A stretch of 63,965 bases of DNA, counting the filler, from Choristocarpus tenellus KU-1152 (taxonomy: Eukaryota > Protista > Phaeophyceae): NCBI GenBank assembly GCA_964200185.2. It is 11 parts of 11 records of this genome, joined end to end, with 100 filler letters (N's around TTAATTAATTAA, not from the genome) between each part and the next. Parts side by side here need not be neighbours in the genome. Positions count along the whole stretch, not along the records: positions 7,970 to 14,369 come from CAXNAD020008216.1; positions 14,470 to 17,519 come from CAXNAD020022687.1; positions 17,620 to 21,372 come from CAXNAD020018139.1; positions 21,473 to 27,063 come from CAXNAD020010319.1; 7 more parts are not named here. One strand, written 5' to 3'. Below the pieces are notes generated by a model, which ran no database searches, had not been told where the DNA came from, and saw only the letters and a program-made list of their open reading frames with translations. Positions 11,362-22,844 of this stretch are shown here, in pieces. Numbering within the stretch: the stretch's first letter is position 1; the number at the start of each line of letters is the position of its first letter. The position numbers were made by a program, and so were the translations under genes.

Positions 11362-14300
11362 CATCCTGATCAATGACACAACTACTACAGCTTGGTGATA
11401 TGCACTTGAAATACTGTTGAGCAGACAAACAAGGGGTCGGTTGCAATCGATTTTATTCTGTCTGACTTGAAGCACATGCTTCCCTACCGAGGAACACAGT
11501 GTTATCTGCATTGAAATTGGGCTTTGTGGATGGAGGTTGGTAGGTTATATTAATGAGTTGATCTGCTTTGAATTGTGGTTGAATTTCTTGTAAGCAGCGT
11601 AAAAGTAATCTTAATACTTGGGCGGGTTGGTAGTTCTGGATATATTTGGCATTGTACGAGTCGGAGTAATGTTGAGTAGTTGTGTTGATCTGGTTCCCTT
11701 GAGGAAATTGTTTTGACGATTCTTAGAGTTGTATTAGAGCACATGGTGGTAGAGCAGTATCCTGCCATACAGTCCTCATCGTTCACCATTAATCTCTGCT
11801 ATAGATACAATGGGTCTTCTTATAAGTACAAACCTTGATGAAGAAGGAAGAGTGAGGTGTGAGTAGAATATAGGAATGGTGTTAAGGAACAGATTTCTAC
11901 CTTAATTAATGTGTAAGTGGGGGATGAAGATAAAGTTCACAGGTGTTCAATAGGCAGATGGGGAATCTTGCCCTAGGGAGTAAAAGAGAGCCAAGGGATG
12001 AGGTCCGACATTGAGATTCCGTAAGGATAGGGGGGCGACATCAAGGTTAACTCAGCACTGTCCAAGTTCACGTTCTTCTTTATAGTCTTGTGCTGAAGCT
12101 AAATGTTACTGATGACAGTGTGTTAGCTTACTCATCGACCGGTCTGTAAGGCTGGGACCCCACTACCTTCTTATGTAAGTGTACATGATAGATGAGAGAA
12201 CTTATACAGAAGTGCTCAAAGGTAAAGGAAGCTAGGGTGAGCTTTTACATGTCTGCAGATTGCTTACCTTACCTACGGTCCTCAAAATCTGTTTGCTTAT
12301 TGCAGATAATGCTTGCTGCATCAGTCTGAGAAGTTGGTGGCATGCTTCAAATTTAAGATAGACTTGGTTTTGTTTAGAGCTGCTCCTCCTCTCTCACAAT
12401 GATAGTTGTCCTCCCTTTGAAGGCTTGCTGTTCCAGCTATTCTTTCCCATCAATGGACCTAGTTTGCCCTGACTGACCCCTGTCAACCTAGCCCACTACA
12501 GAAGCCTTTTTTGAAGTTTATGCGAGCATCTTCATAGTTCAGTGGGTCGTGGATAGCGTTCAGTGAATGAGTTTGTTGGTTCTCGTAACATCATGTTTCT
12601 TTTGGGAAGAATCTGGTTTTCAATATTTTGAAGTTTTCATGACAAGCGCTAGGGATTGTATGCTTGTACCTTCGTTCCTGTTGCCATACCGAAAAAAAAG
12701 GACTACCCGAAACCAGAGAGGCAAGGCCTAACATTGCCAAGCTGCACTGAGATGGGTCGGGCACAGATTGACGAGAAGGTGGAGCAACAAGTGGTCGGGC
12801 AGTTAAACGCAACATGCTAGAAGTAAGGCATGAGTAGAGGCAGAGCAATTTGTGGTTGTGTAGCGGTTGCAGTGGTGAGAATGAAAAGTAGTGCAGTGTG
12901 TAGTGCCTCTGACCACAGGTTTGGATACTCCCTGGACTAGAGTGGCAAGCGATAATGGGAACATGCACACATTACACTAGATTTGGAACTTTGCCAACAC
13001 GCTTTTTTTTCAGCTGTATGTGGTAGAGCTTCAGCGTAACGAACCCCTTTCCTGCATGGTGATCATATTGATATTCATTGTGTTCAATTGAGGTACGCAT
13101 TTTTGCAGAAGGTGCATAACTTAACGATGAAAACACATTTAAGCATGGCTATGGAGTGTTCCTTGTAGCACAACGTTTACAACTGTACAGTAGTAGTTGA
13201 GTGTTCGACAATAATTTGGAAAGGTTAGGGAAGTGGAAAATGGTCATGACTTAAAGGATTTATAAGCAATGCTCAAAATTCGATAATGAGAAAATGAAAA
13301 GTGTTTAGCCATATTGGAGGGAGGGTACATGTTGGTAGTCCGTCTCAGGAGCATGTGTCAATAAACAAGAACAATAATAGTAGTGGAATAATTGTTATCA
13401 CTATCACTGAGAAATCTTGATGGGAGGTGTTGTACTGAGTTTTTGTGGCCCCTGCGACTCCCTCCGGCACATGTGCTTTTACCGTCCTGAACAGCGATTT
13501 TGCACAAATGTGAACAAATGCTTGTCTTCCCTCCTACAACCACAGCCTCTTGAGGGGAGTTAGATGCATTTGAGGTATAGGAATGTGGTGTCAGGGGGGA
13601 TATTTATACAGCAATCCCTAAATACTCAAATGGGGCTAAAGTAGTCTCCCTCTGAGATTGTATTGCTCAATACCTTGTCATAATGGAATATACATAGAAC
13701 TAAGTTTCTTCCTCATCCCCACTCACATTTTCCCGTTACCCCTGTTAGAGGTGAGTGGACACTCCCATACTCTACCAGCCTTGCACACTTATTGTTCTTG
13801 CCCTTGCACACTATTGACTGAAGAGGGCCCATATTCTGTTGATCTAGATCGATTAGTCTCCCTCAGTTCTGCACATTACACAATGATTAGCTCTGGTGAG
13901 ACAAGTTGATGGTAGATGGCAATGAAGCTCAGCGACCTGACCTGTGTAGTTTCCTTAAGAGTGATACAAAGAGTTGGGTGGAGGCAACAATGATACCGTT
14001 GCTGTCTGAGGGTGCCAGCATAGCATCTCAACAGTCACTCAGAAGCATGCAGTTCTTGACTGAGCTGCGGGTTGGGGTCAATTGTGACTTTGGACCACCC
14101 AATGAGTATTCTGGAGCATGTGTTTTCTACCAGAAGGCACAGCTTCACTGTTGGGGAACAAATCTCCTTACCTTTTGACAGCATGTTTTGAAGCTGATTA
14201 GAACTGGCTACGTGCAGGATGCTGCACAACCCTTAATGGGGATCCACCTCCATGGACTTGTTGATCACCTTCCTTCATGAAGTGAAGCCAACAGTCTTGC

Positions 14301-14544
14301 CCCAGACAAAGGTACCACAGATACCCACACCATACACCTTACCATGTAGGGTGTATGACACGTTCTGGGNNNNNNNNNNNNNNNNNNNNNNNNNNNNNNN
14401 NNNNNNNNNNNNNTTAATTAATTAANNNNNNNNNNNNNNNNNNNNNNNNNNNNNNNNNNNNNNNNNNNNGGTTGGAGTTGGGGGATGGGGGGGTTGGGGG
14501 GTGAGGTGGATGGGGGGGATGGAGGATGAGGAGGCAATCAACCA

Positions 14545-14590
14545 CCTAACCCTAACCCTAACCCTAACCCTAACCCACCTAACCCTAACC
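14545..14590. repeat. Interstitial telomere-like (CCCTAA)n tract
   Basis: About 7 CCCTAA units. Shorter degenerate tracts lie near 15715, 16046, 24990, 25322, 25528, 26120 and 31722, mostly in introns. Confidence 0.85.
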
Positions 14591-14830
14591 ATGCGGCAGG
14601 GCAGAAGAAAAAGAAAAAAGAGAGAGAGAGGCTATACATGTATAGCCTCGATCTGGGAGGGGATGAGAGAGAGGCTATACATGTAGGGCCTTGCATAAGC
14701 AGGTCCGTAAGATAAGCAGCGAATAGGATCGCACGCCCCTCTCTGAGAGGAAACAAGCAAGGCAACAGCATTAAAAAAAAAAAAACGAAAAAAAAGCATC
14801 CAAGAAATTAAAATAATAAAAAAAATTAAG

Positions 14831-14938
14831 AACACTTCTCCTGGTCAGGCTCTGAATGGACACCTTGGTGTAGACCCCCCCCCGCCCCTCCACCCCCCCT
14901 CCACCCCCACCCCCCCCACCCCCCAGGTATTTTGAGCC
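14831..14938. mobile_element. MITE family A, partial copy
   Basis: CCTGGTCAGGCTCTGAATGGACACCTTGGTGTAGACCCC...CCCCAGGTATTTTGAGCC matches the end of 20426-20606. Confidence 0.7.
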
Positions 14939-15221
14939 AGTGTCAAAACGCAGTGGCAAGAGAGCATTCCACACTGGTCTCTCACTACCACAACACCCTC
15001 ATGCCATGTGAATCAAAGCACTGGGGCACCAGCGTGATGCCTGGCTCGTGGAGGGACGCCGTGGGCGATTCGATCTTGGAAGGCGTCTGCTTGATTTGAA
15101 GGACACGGAATCAATACGAAATCCGGGGGAGACTGCAGTGGGGACAAGGAGGGGGGGTGGGAAAAAGACGTCTCCAAGACTGGACGGGACGCCTCCCAAG
15201 ACACAGAGCAGTGGACAGCAC

Positions 15222-16975
15222 CTGAAATATGGCTGGGACAGCGATGAAGGCTTGCACAAAGCGCCAACCGTGATCCACCCTTTGAGAGAACAGGAAACCC
15301 AATACGCCTGATGACATGATTCCAAGGTTGATCATCAGCTGGTGCAGTGAGGTTACAGCCCCACGGTTGCCTGAACCAGATATTTCAGAGAGAAGTACCG
15401 GAACAATACTTGAGCCAACTCTGCAAAGAAGTGGATTAAACACACGGCCCAGGTGTATAGCGCAGGATTGGGGAGAACAGGCTGGGGGGGATTAGGGTAT
15501 GGCCAGGGCCAGGGGGCAGAGATTGGCGACCAAAGGATGATGATCCCATTGACTTCGTATGTTCGGGCAAAGGATGATGATCAAAAGCTCTTCCACAAGC
15601 TTCGATTTCCACCTTGCAGTGGGTGGACAACCTTCTGATTGTGGAGCAAGAGGAGTGGGGAGGAGACCTTGGGGGAAGGAAGATAAAAAGGAAAGGTTTA
15701 TTCGATTGTTTTATTAGGGTTAGGGATAGGGTTGGGAACACAGAGGGAGCATTACATCATCGTTCATGTGCATGCCATCATCTTTCACCTTACCACCCCT
15801 ACCCCCTCCCCCTCTCCCATGTGCAACCTTGCATCTAGTCTGCACAGGGCTGCAGAAAAATAGATGTAACTAAAAGTAACGACTAGGAAAGGCCGTGAGG
15901 TGGGTACGCAGGACTTGGATTTATTAGCACTCGGCATTCCCTCCGTACACACCAATCAATCATCTATTTGTGCCCATAGCGCATGAGCGGCAATATGATC
16001 ACCACCTTATCAACATATAATGCATCAGCATGAAATGCACAAGTAACCCTAATCCTAACGTACCCAACAGCTAGACCACAAGTGAAGCGCCCCAAGCAAA
16101 GCACCCACGCCCAATTAGAAATAGAGAGGAGTCCTCCCACAATGAACAAAACGTTGTTCACAAGCAGGGTAGTCCTGTGATTGGAGCGGAGATGGAACAT
16201 TGAGGCGTTATATTTGCTGGATAGAGGTGCATAATTTGTTCTGATTGGGGGGAAAATCCTCTCAGGTATAGTGTAGTGGGTACAGTACAACAGTGTGCTT
16301 TTTGCATTGATATCCGTACAAAGGATTCGACTAGCTGACCTGCGTCCCATGGTCTCGGAGGGTTTACTCGCGATGAGACATCCCAACCAAGCCCCTGCGA
16401 TAAGAAGGCTCGTTGCAACTTCCTGGGTAAGTAATTACGAGTTGGGTACATGGCGAGACGTGCATGTTGGAACTTGTAGAAGGAGTGTAGGTGGAGCCTG
16501 ATATATAATACCAAAGGCTTGCAATGAGTAAATCTCCCCTCTGTGGGCACCTGGCCAGATGTGGAGAGGCTGATATCTCGGAGAATCGAACCCTCGTCAC
16601 ACGATGTATCCTTGCCACTGAAGCATTCCTCGGCGCTTCCTCTCTCCCCCGTGGTCATCACGCTGTTCAGAGCCGAGAGGCAGTAACTTTCCAAGGAAAA
16701 CACGATACAAAGGATGTTATTCTCGAAATATTAGCCATTGTCACCAACTTTCCTGTCCTATTTGAGGCATATTATTGCGAAATCTCTGGCATACCTTTCC
16801 CAGATCAAGATACGCACCCAAACAAGAAGCTAGGAGCTGTGGCAGCCAAGCTCGAGGCCAGAAGTTGACTAGACATGGTGTTTGACGATGCATCCGCGAT
16901 ACGACTAGTTGCATTCACCGCAGGGCCAGGATCCGCCCCCCTCACCCAAGACCTCCTGACATGAGGGGCCATCAT
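15222..16975 (-). CDS. MFS sugar porter (GLUT-like) transporter, N-terminal half
   Basis: Exons 16975-16818, 16686-16551, 16422-16340, 16174-16064 and 15420-15222 join in frame. Motifs: SFLFGY, SETMGRRTTLL, LGRFTCGLAVG, VPVLLSEIS, RGAVTSLHQLMINLGI, GWRF. 3' exons were not identified. Confidence 0.92.
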
Positions 16976-17288
16976 AAGTTGCAGCTCGACTGTCTCAAGT
17001 TGCACCTTCATACTTAACACTTGCTTCTGATATTGTTTCAAAATACATACTACATAGAAATAACCTATAATATCATCCATACAAACACCAATACGATACG
17101 GTTGGATTTTGAGGAAGTACATTTGGCGATTACGTATATATTCCCCAATAAAAACGCTCACAATCAGGTACGACCGTCTGTGATAGCCATCTTCCAACTT
17201 AAGTGTATCTTGAAGGTGACCTTCCTTGAGAAGATGCACTTCAAGGTGTGTAGCTTCAAATGACATCTCCATTTGTTGAAGTAAATTT

Positions 17289-17519
17289 GACTCAAAGTAT
17301 CTGGGGCAGGGTGACGGCTGTCCATTTGGGGTCAATTTTTCATGTCGCGATTTTTGGGTGATTTGGTTGCATACCTCGGATGGATAATGTAAGTGCGCTT
17401 TTCATGATTTTGACCCAAAATGGACACCCTGCTGTTGACCCCCCCCCCCCCCCCACAAAAAATTTTGAACAAAAAAGTGTGGGGTGGTGGGGCCCTCCAA
17501 ACACCCCCCCTTCACTCTC
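17289..17519. mobile_element. MITE family A copy, cut by the contig end
   Basis: GACTCAAAGTATCTGGGG...GGCTGTCCATTTGGGGTCAATTTTTCATGTCGCGATTTTTGGGTGATTTGG. Confidence 0.85.
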
Positions 17520-17619
17520 NNNNNNNNNNNNNNNNNNNNNNNNNNNNNNNNNNNNNNNNNNNNTTAATTAATTAANNNNNNNNNNNNNNNNNNNNNNNNN
17601 NNNNNNNNNNNNNNNNNNN

Positions 17620-17685
17620 TGGGAAGCCAAGCCCCACAAATGGACAAACAGGGAAAAAATCGTACCCTCTAAGATAGTTTCACTC
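17620..17685. mobile_element. MITE family C, right end at the contig start
   Basis: GGGAAGCCAAGCCCC...CGTACCCTCTAAGATAGTTTCACTC matches the end of 20148-20385. Confidence 0.8.
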
Positions 17686-18512
17686 ACATGCAACATTTGG
17701 CATTTTATACAGATGGGTATTGGAACTTTTCTGAATCCTGTCAAAATGTAACAAGTAGTGGAGAAATCAACCCCCTCTGCTCAAACTTAGCACTTCATTC
17801 GTAGATATAAGGGTGAACTGCTAGAGATTGGAAAATAATTCTTAAAATAAAAACCACCAAAACCTGAGTACCTCTCATCTACTTTGCCTCTGTGATTAGC
17901 ACGGTGAGTTGATGGATATAGGGAGGGGCAGTTGTGTTACGGGCGCCCCTCAGAACTCACCTCCACAGGATGTACAACTCAAATCCAATTCACAGATTAA
18001 CGCAGGTCAGCTCAGCAGAACAGGAGTACTCTCAGGTGAATCAAGTAGCACAAGGAAACTATGTTTGTCGATATCAATTAAGAAAGAACAACTGAAAAGG
18101 TGGGGTCTCTAGATCAGAAGAACTGAGCCGTTTGGAGCCGTTTCTAGGATCTCTTATCATCATTTTATCGTTGGGGCTTCTTCTGGTTTACAGACATTGG
18201 AATATATATCTGAGAACCTTTGCGACCTTTCCATCTGGAACCCTTTGTGACTTTCCCGAGTTACAGATTTCATTCTGCAACTTTTGAGCAAATCGGAGTT
18301 CCCCCTTTTGGGGTTCCCGACGCGCATACACTGCTCGCGCCAGTTAAAGCGCGGGAAGAAATACTCATGCTATTCGTCTGTAACATGCCCGCGAGCGTGA
18401 ACTAGGTATACATGTTTCACACTTACCACAGGCGATAATCACCGGTTAAGACAATATATATCATCCATCACCTCAGATCACGCTGTAGCAGCATGAGTAG
18501 GTTGCCATCAAA

Positions 18513-18688
18513 GGGTCAAAGTATCTGGGGGGGGGGAGTTGTTTCTGAGGGGGTGTCCGTTTCGGTCAAACTCTTTTTTTGCTGATATTTCTAATCCGAC
18601 ACATGCGACCAAATCACACCAAAAAAGTGAACATCGAAAAAAGGGTGAAAAACGGACGCCGACACCCCTCCCCCAGATACTTTGACCC
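18513..18688. mobile_element. MITE family B, intact
   Basis: Perfect TIR GGGTCAAAGTATCTGGGG / CCCCAGATACTTTGACCC flanked by AAA/AAA. Confidence 0.92.
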
Positions 18689-19740
18689 AAACAAAAGAGG
18701 GGCTCCAGTTCCAAACTTGCCAGTTGTTTCCAACACAGGGACCTCGGTTCCAAATTAACCAGATATTTCCAACAAATGATCGACATATCTCCCAATTTCT
18801 TTCTGGTCTTCTATGCAACTGCTCTACATGTACTCCAATCATAAACCCTTCTTCTGCAACTTCTTAGGAACTTTGACATTTTCTTCAGAATACTAATACC
18901 GTCTCTTCATTATTAAATTGTTTCTTCTACAGAATCTTTTACACATGAATAAAAAGCATATTCTTAACAGAGAGTCATAAACGTAAATTTTGAAAATATT
19001 AGTCAGTTTGTAGAAATACACACACCGCATACAACGGATTCGATAGGAGTAACAGTAAACGCACCTCAGGGTTTCAATAAACCCTAAACCACTAAAGATG
19101 GTGTTTAGGGTTTATTGAAACCATAATCATGGTCTTTACGGGTCTCAAACGTTTCTGTTTGAAACGTAAGAGCTGCTTCTTTATGCTACATATGGTTTAA
19201 ATAAACCCTACACACGATAACGTTAGTGTTTTAGTGTTTTAGGGAACACAAGAAGAAACGCTCATGCTACTTGCCTGTAACGGTTGGTTAGTGATAGAGT
19301 TCCGACAAAATGGCAAAAGAAGGTTTATCTCAGGATCAATCGAGTGCATGCCATAGTGTTAAAAAGTCCAAAGCTAGCTTCTCAACTACAGCAGCAGGTA
19401 CAACAAGCAGAAAATTGGATCGGGGGATATCTGCGTTGAGTGAGGATCATGACTCTGACATCCTATGGATGCTGTGAGATATAGGTTTGGGGCTGGGACA
19501 AGCTCAAGGAGCAATCGATCGCCATATCTGCATGCAACTCTCAAGCCCCATCCTCCTGTCGATTTCCTTGCCATCCCCACCCCCACCTTCACCCCCCAGG
19601 TCATGCCTCCATTATATTTCACAATTCCATCCTTTTTCTATACTCACCAACTGACCCTGGCCAAAGGTGTTGGCTGAAGGCAAGCATGTTAAAAAGTCCT
19701 GAAGCGAGCTGATTTTGCTGCAGTGATAACGTGAGTCATG

Positions 19741-19918
19741 GGGTCAAAGTATCTGGGGGGGTGGTGGTTTGTGAGGGGGAGTCTGTTTCAGTCAAACACC
19801 TTTTTTTTTTGCTGACATTACAAATCCGACACATGCGACCAAATCACACCAAAAAGTGAAAATCGAAAAAAGGGTGAAAAACGGACGCCGACACTCCTCC
19901 CCCCGGATACTCTGACCC
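19741..19918. mobile_element. MITE family B, intact
   Basis: Highly similar to 18513-18688; flanked by a 3-bp duplication ATG/ATG. Confidence 0.92.
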
Positions 19919-20147
19919 ATGGTGTACTTCGTGGTGCACACGTGGCAACATATCCATGACCTCACAGATCTCCCGCAGAAACCTAAAGTGAGCGTTCAAC
20001 AACGAGGGGGGGGCGAGGGAGGCTGTGAGCCTGGCTTGGTGGAGACTTTGGATAATCTCCAGATGCATGATTTCATTGTTGTTTGTATGCAAGAGTGTAT
20101 ATATGTTTGAAATTTGTGAAGATATGGACCAATAAATTTGTATTTTT

Positions 20148-20385
20148 GAGCCAAAGTATCTTAAAGCGTAAGGCCGTGTCCATTTGGGGACCAACATCCA
20201 ATGTTGTGATTTTATGTGATTTCGGCTATCGTGTATGTTAGGAAGTGTCAATATCCTTGTTCCGACCAACCTTTTCATAACGTATACATTTTGGAGTAGG
20301 AAAATGTCATAAGAAAAAAACATGGGAAGCCAAGCCCCAATGGACAAACAGGTCAACACTCGTACCCTCTAAGATACTTTCACTC
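20148..20385. mobile_element. MITE family C, intact
   Basis: Termini GAGCCAAAGTATCTTA and TACCCTCTAAGATACTTTCACTC flanked by TTT/TTT; matches 60115-60373. Confidence 0.9.
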
Positions 20386-20425
20386 TTTGTTCGTATTAAG
20401 GTAGTCTAAAGAGTCGAGACCCCAG

Positions 20426-20606
20426 GGCTCAGAGTATATCCGGAGGGATGTCAGCTGTCCATTTGGGGCTCATTTTTCCATGTCACGATTTTTGAGTGAT
20501 TTGGTTGCATGCGACGGATGGATAATATAAGTGCACTTTTCCTGGTCAGGGCACGAATGGACACCCTGGTGTAGACCCCACCCCCGCCCCCCACATCCTT
20601 TGAGCC
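20426..20606. mobile_element. MITE family A, diverged copy
   Basis: GGCTCAGAGTAT...CTTTGAGCC with the family A body. Confidence 0.8.
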
Positions 20607-20618
20607 TCAGACCAATAA

Positions 20619-20800
20619 GACCCAAAGTATCTGGAGGGGGGCGGAGGGTCTAGACCAGGATGTCTATTTGGACAAAATCAGGAAAAGTGTATTTACATTA
20701 TCCATCCGACGCATGCAACCAAATCACCCAAAAATCACGACATGAAAAAATTGCCCCCAAAAGGACAGCCGCCACCCCCCCCCCCACGATACTTTGAGCC
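20619..20800. mobile_element. MITE family A, intact, opposite orientation to 20426-20606
   Basis: GACCCAAAGTATC...GATACTTTGAGCC flanked by TAA/TAA. Confidence 0.9.
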
Positions 20801-20903
20801 TAACGTTGTGAGATTGTGATGATGACCACCTCAAAATGTAGTATATCCTGTATCATAGATAGAAGTTTCATTTGTTTTGTTTGGCAGGTTGAGGGATGGC
20901 GAT

Positions 20904-21000
20904 GGCTCAAAGTATCTGGGGGGGGTAGCGGCTGTCCATTTGGGGTCAATTTTTTCATGTCGTGATTTTTGGGTGATTTGGTTGCATACGTCGGGTTGAG
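20904..21000. mobile_element. MITE family A, truncated
   Basis: GGCTCAAAGTATCTGGGGGGG followed by about 95 bp of family A body. Confidence 0.8.
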
Positions 21001-21130
21001 CAAAAGGGGACAGTGAGGTTGAACAAGTAGAGGTCGCCTCTTCATTAGGAAATGACCCCTCAGGTCTGGGTGATCGTGTGGGTAACTGTGACTGATATTG
21101 AGGCCACCGATGTGGGGAAGTCTGCCACAA

Positions 21131-21372
21131 GGCTCAAAGTATCTGGGAGGGAGGTTGCTGGCTGTCCATTTGGGGTCAATTTTTTCATGTCACGATTTTT
21201 GGGCGATTTTGTTTCATACGTTGGATGGATATTGTAAATGCACCTTTCCTGATTTTGCCCAAATGGACACCCTGGTGTAGACCCCCCCCCCCCCACAACC
21301 CCTCCCTCTCCCCAAGCGCCCACCAAAACTACTCGCTCCAATCGTACCCTCCCCCGCCAACCCACAAAAAAA
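21131..21372. mobile_element. MITE family A copy, cut by the contig end
   Basis: GGCTCAAAGTATCTGGGAGG plus the family A body running into poly-C. Confidence 0.85.
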
Positions 21373-22844
21373 NNNNNNNNNNNNNNNNNNNNNNNNNNNN
21401 NNNNNNNNNNNNNNNNTTAATTAATTAANNNNNNNNNNNNNNNNNNNNNNNNNNNNNNNNNNNNNNNNNNNNCAGGGATGGAACACAAGACCACTTGACT
21501 CCCATGTCTATATTGGGTCCCCTATGCGTTGGAGGTCATGTTCCACGCTCATCAAGTAGAAATGGAATCTATTTAAGCGGAAGGATACTCGACAAAATGG
21601 GCAATTAATAAGAGAGTGGCACTTAGAGAGGTCCATAACGTACCACTACTACAATTTACTTGCCCAGTCCATCATGGCTAGTTCCCTCCTCTTTCAACTG
21701 ATTAGAAGATCGCCGTTAATTTCATTTCCTTGTAATCATCCGTCAGGCTAGATTTCGATTAGACTTAGGGGATTAGATCATGCAGGAGCTTGTTGAAACT
21801 TCTGTAAGCTCCTGAACAAACAAGAAGCACCATTTCCTTTGAGAGTAGGGAAGAATTTGGCGAAGACAGAGATGTCGAATCACGCGACCTAGCCATTACG
21901 GCCCTAATCTGTAGCTCACCGAGGGTGACGGGCACTGGGAGAGAGGAAAGAACTTCCAATGTTCGCCGATCTACCCCCAGTCTGTCCAAACGAGGCATGG
22001 TTTACAGCTTACAAGTCCCACAGTGAGCATTCAAAAAGGCTCAGATCTTTCATCCTCTGGGGCACCAGTATCGACAAATTGAAAGCCCAATTTTGACCAC
22101 TCAGACTTCTACACAGAGCTTCTAGCACTCCTCATTGAACATACCCACCATTACAGTGTAATGGCAGTGAAGGTAAAGGTATCTGTTTGCATTTCAAAAT
22201 CGTTAAGAGTTTTTTTGGAATGTCTTGATTGGTCAGAATAATATTAATTTACCGATTTCTCGAATCGAACCCCCCGATCTCTCAGATATTGTCAAGTAGG
22301 ACGGACACATTGGTTGCAACTAAGGAGTAGAGGTCTAATTGTTAGGCACAAGTCCTCCGCCCTCTAGTGGGCAAGGTGAGAAAGATCGAGCCCAGATCTG
22401 AGTATTGATTCTATTGGCAACCTCGTTATGAAGGAAATATTTTGACTTAGAGATGTTGATACGTCATCAACTAAAAGTCCTTTTTGTTATCTAAACGAGA
22501 CGATTTCCTCGTCGCTATCCCCACGCGATTGCTCAAGTTCTTATTCGTGGTACCAAACCGGATCTCTTATAATATCTAAGTAGCATTGCTCCAGGAGCGG
22601 GCTATGCGCTTGTTAATCTTCGTATAATACAGGGAGTATTGTATGGGACCTTAGCCACCAAAGTTTTCATTGTACGGCCATGACACATCCATCCTGTGTA
22701 CAGTATTAGAACCACACGGATGTTTGATGCGCTGCACTTCGATCAAATCAGCTCATGCATCGGTTAGGAGGTTAACACTACACACACGAACTCGCTCATC
22801 AAATATCCTCAGCTCCCTCCTATTACCCCAAAAAGGCACACATC

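Noticed and set aside
21765-22140. Possible gene divergent from the kinase, including WSKLGFQ resembling an ELMO motif
   Set aside because: The motif frame stops immediately and the alternative model needs an implausible 31-nt intron.
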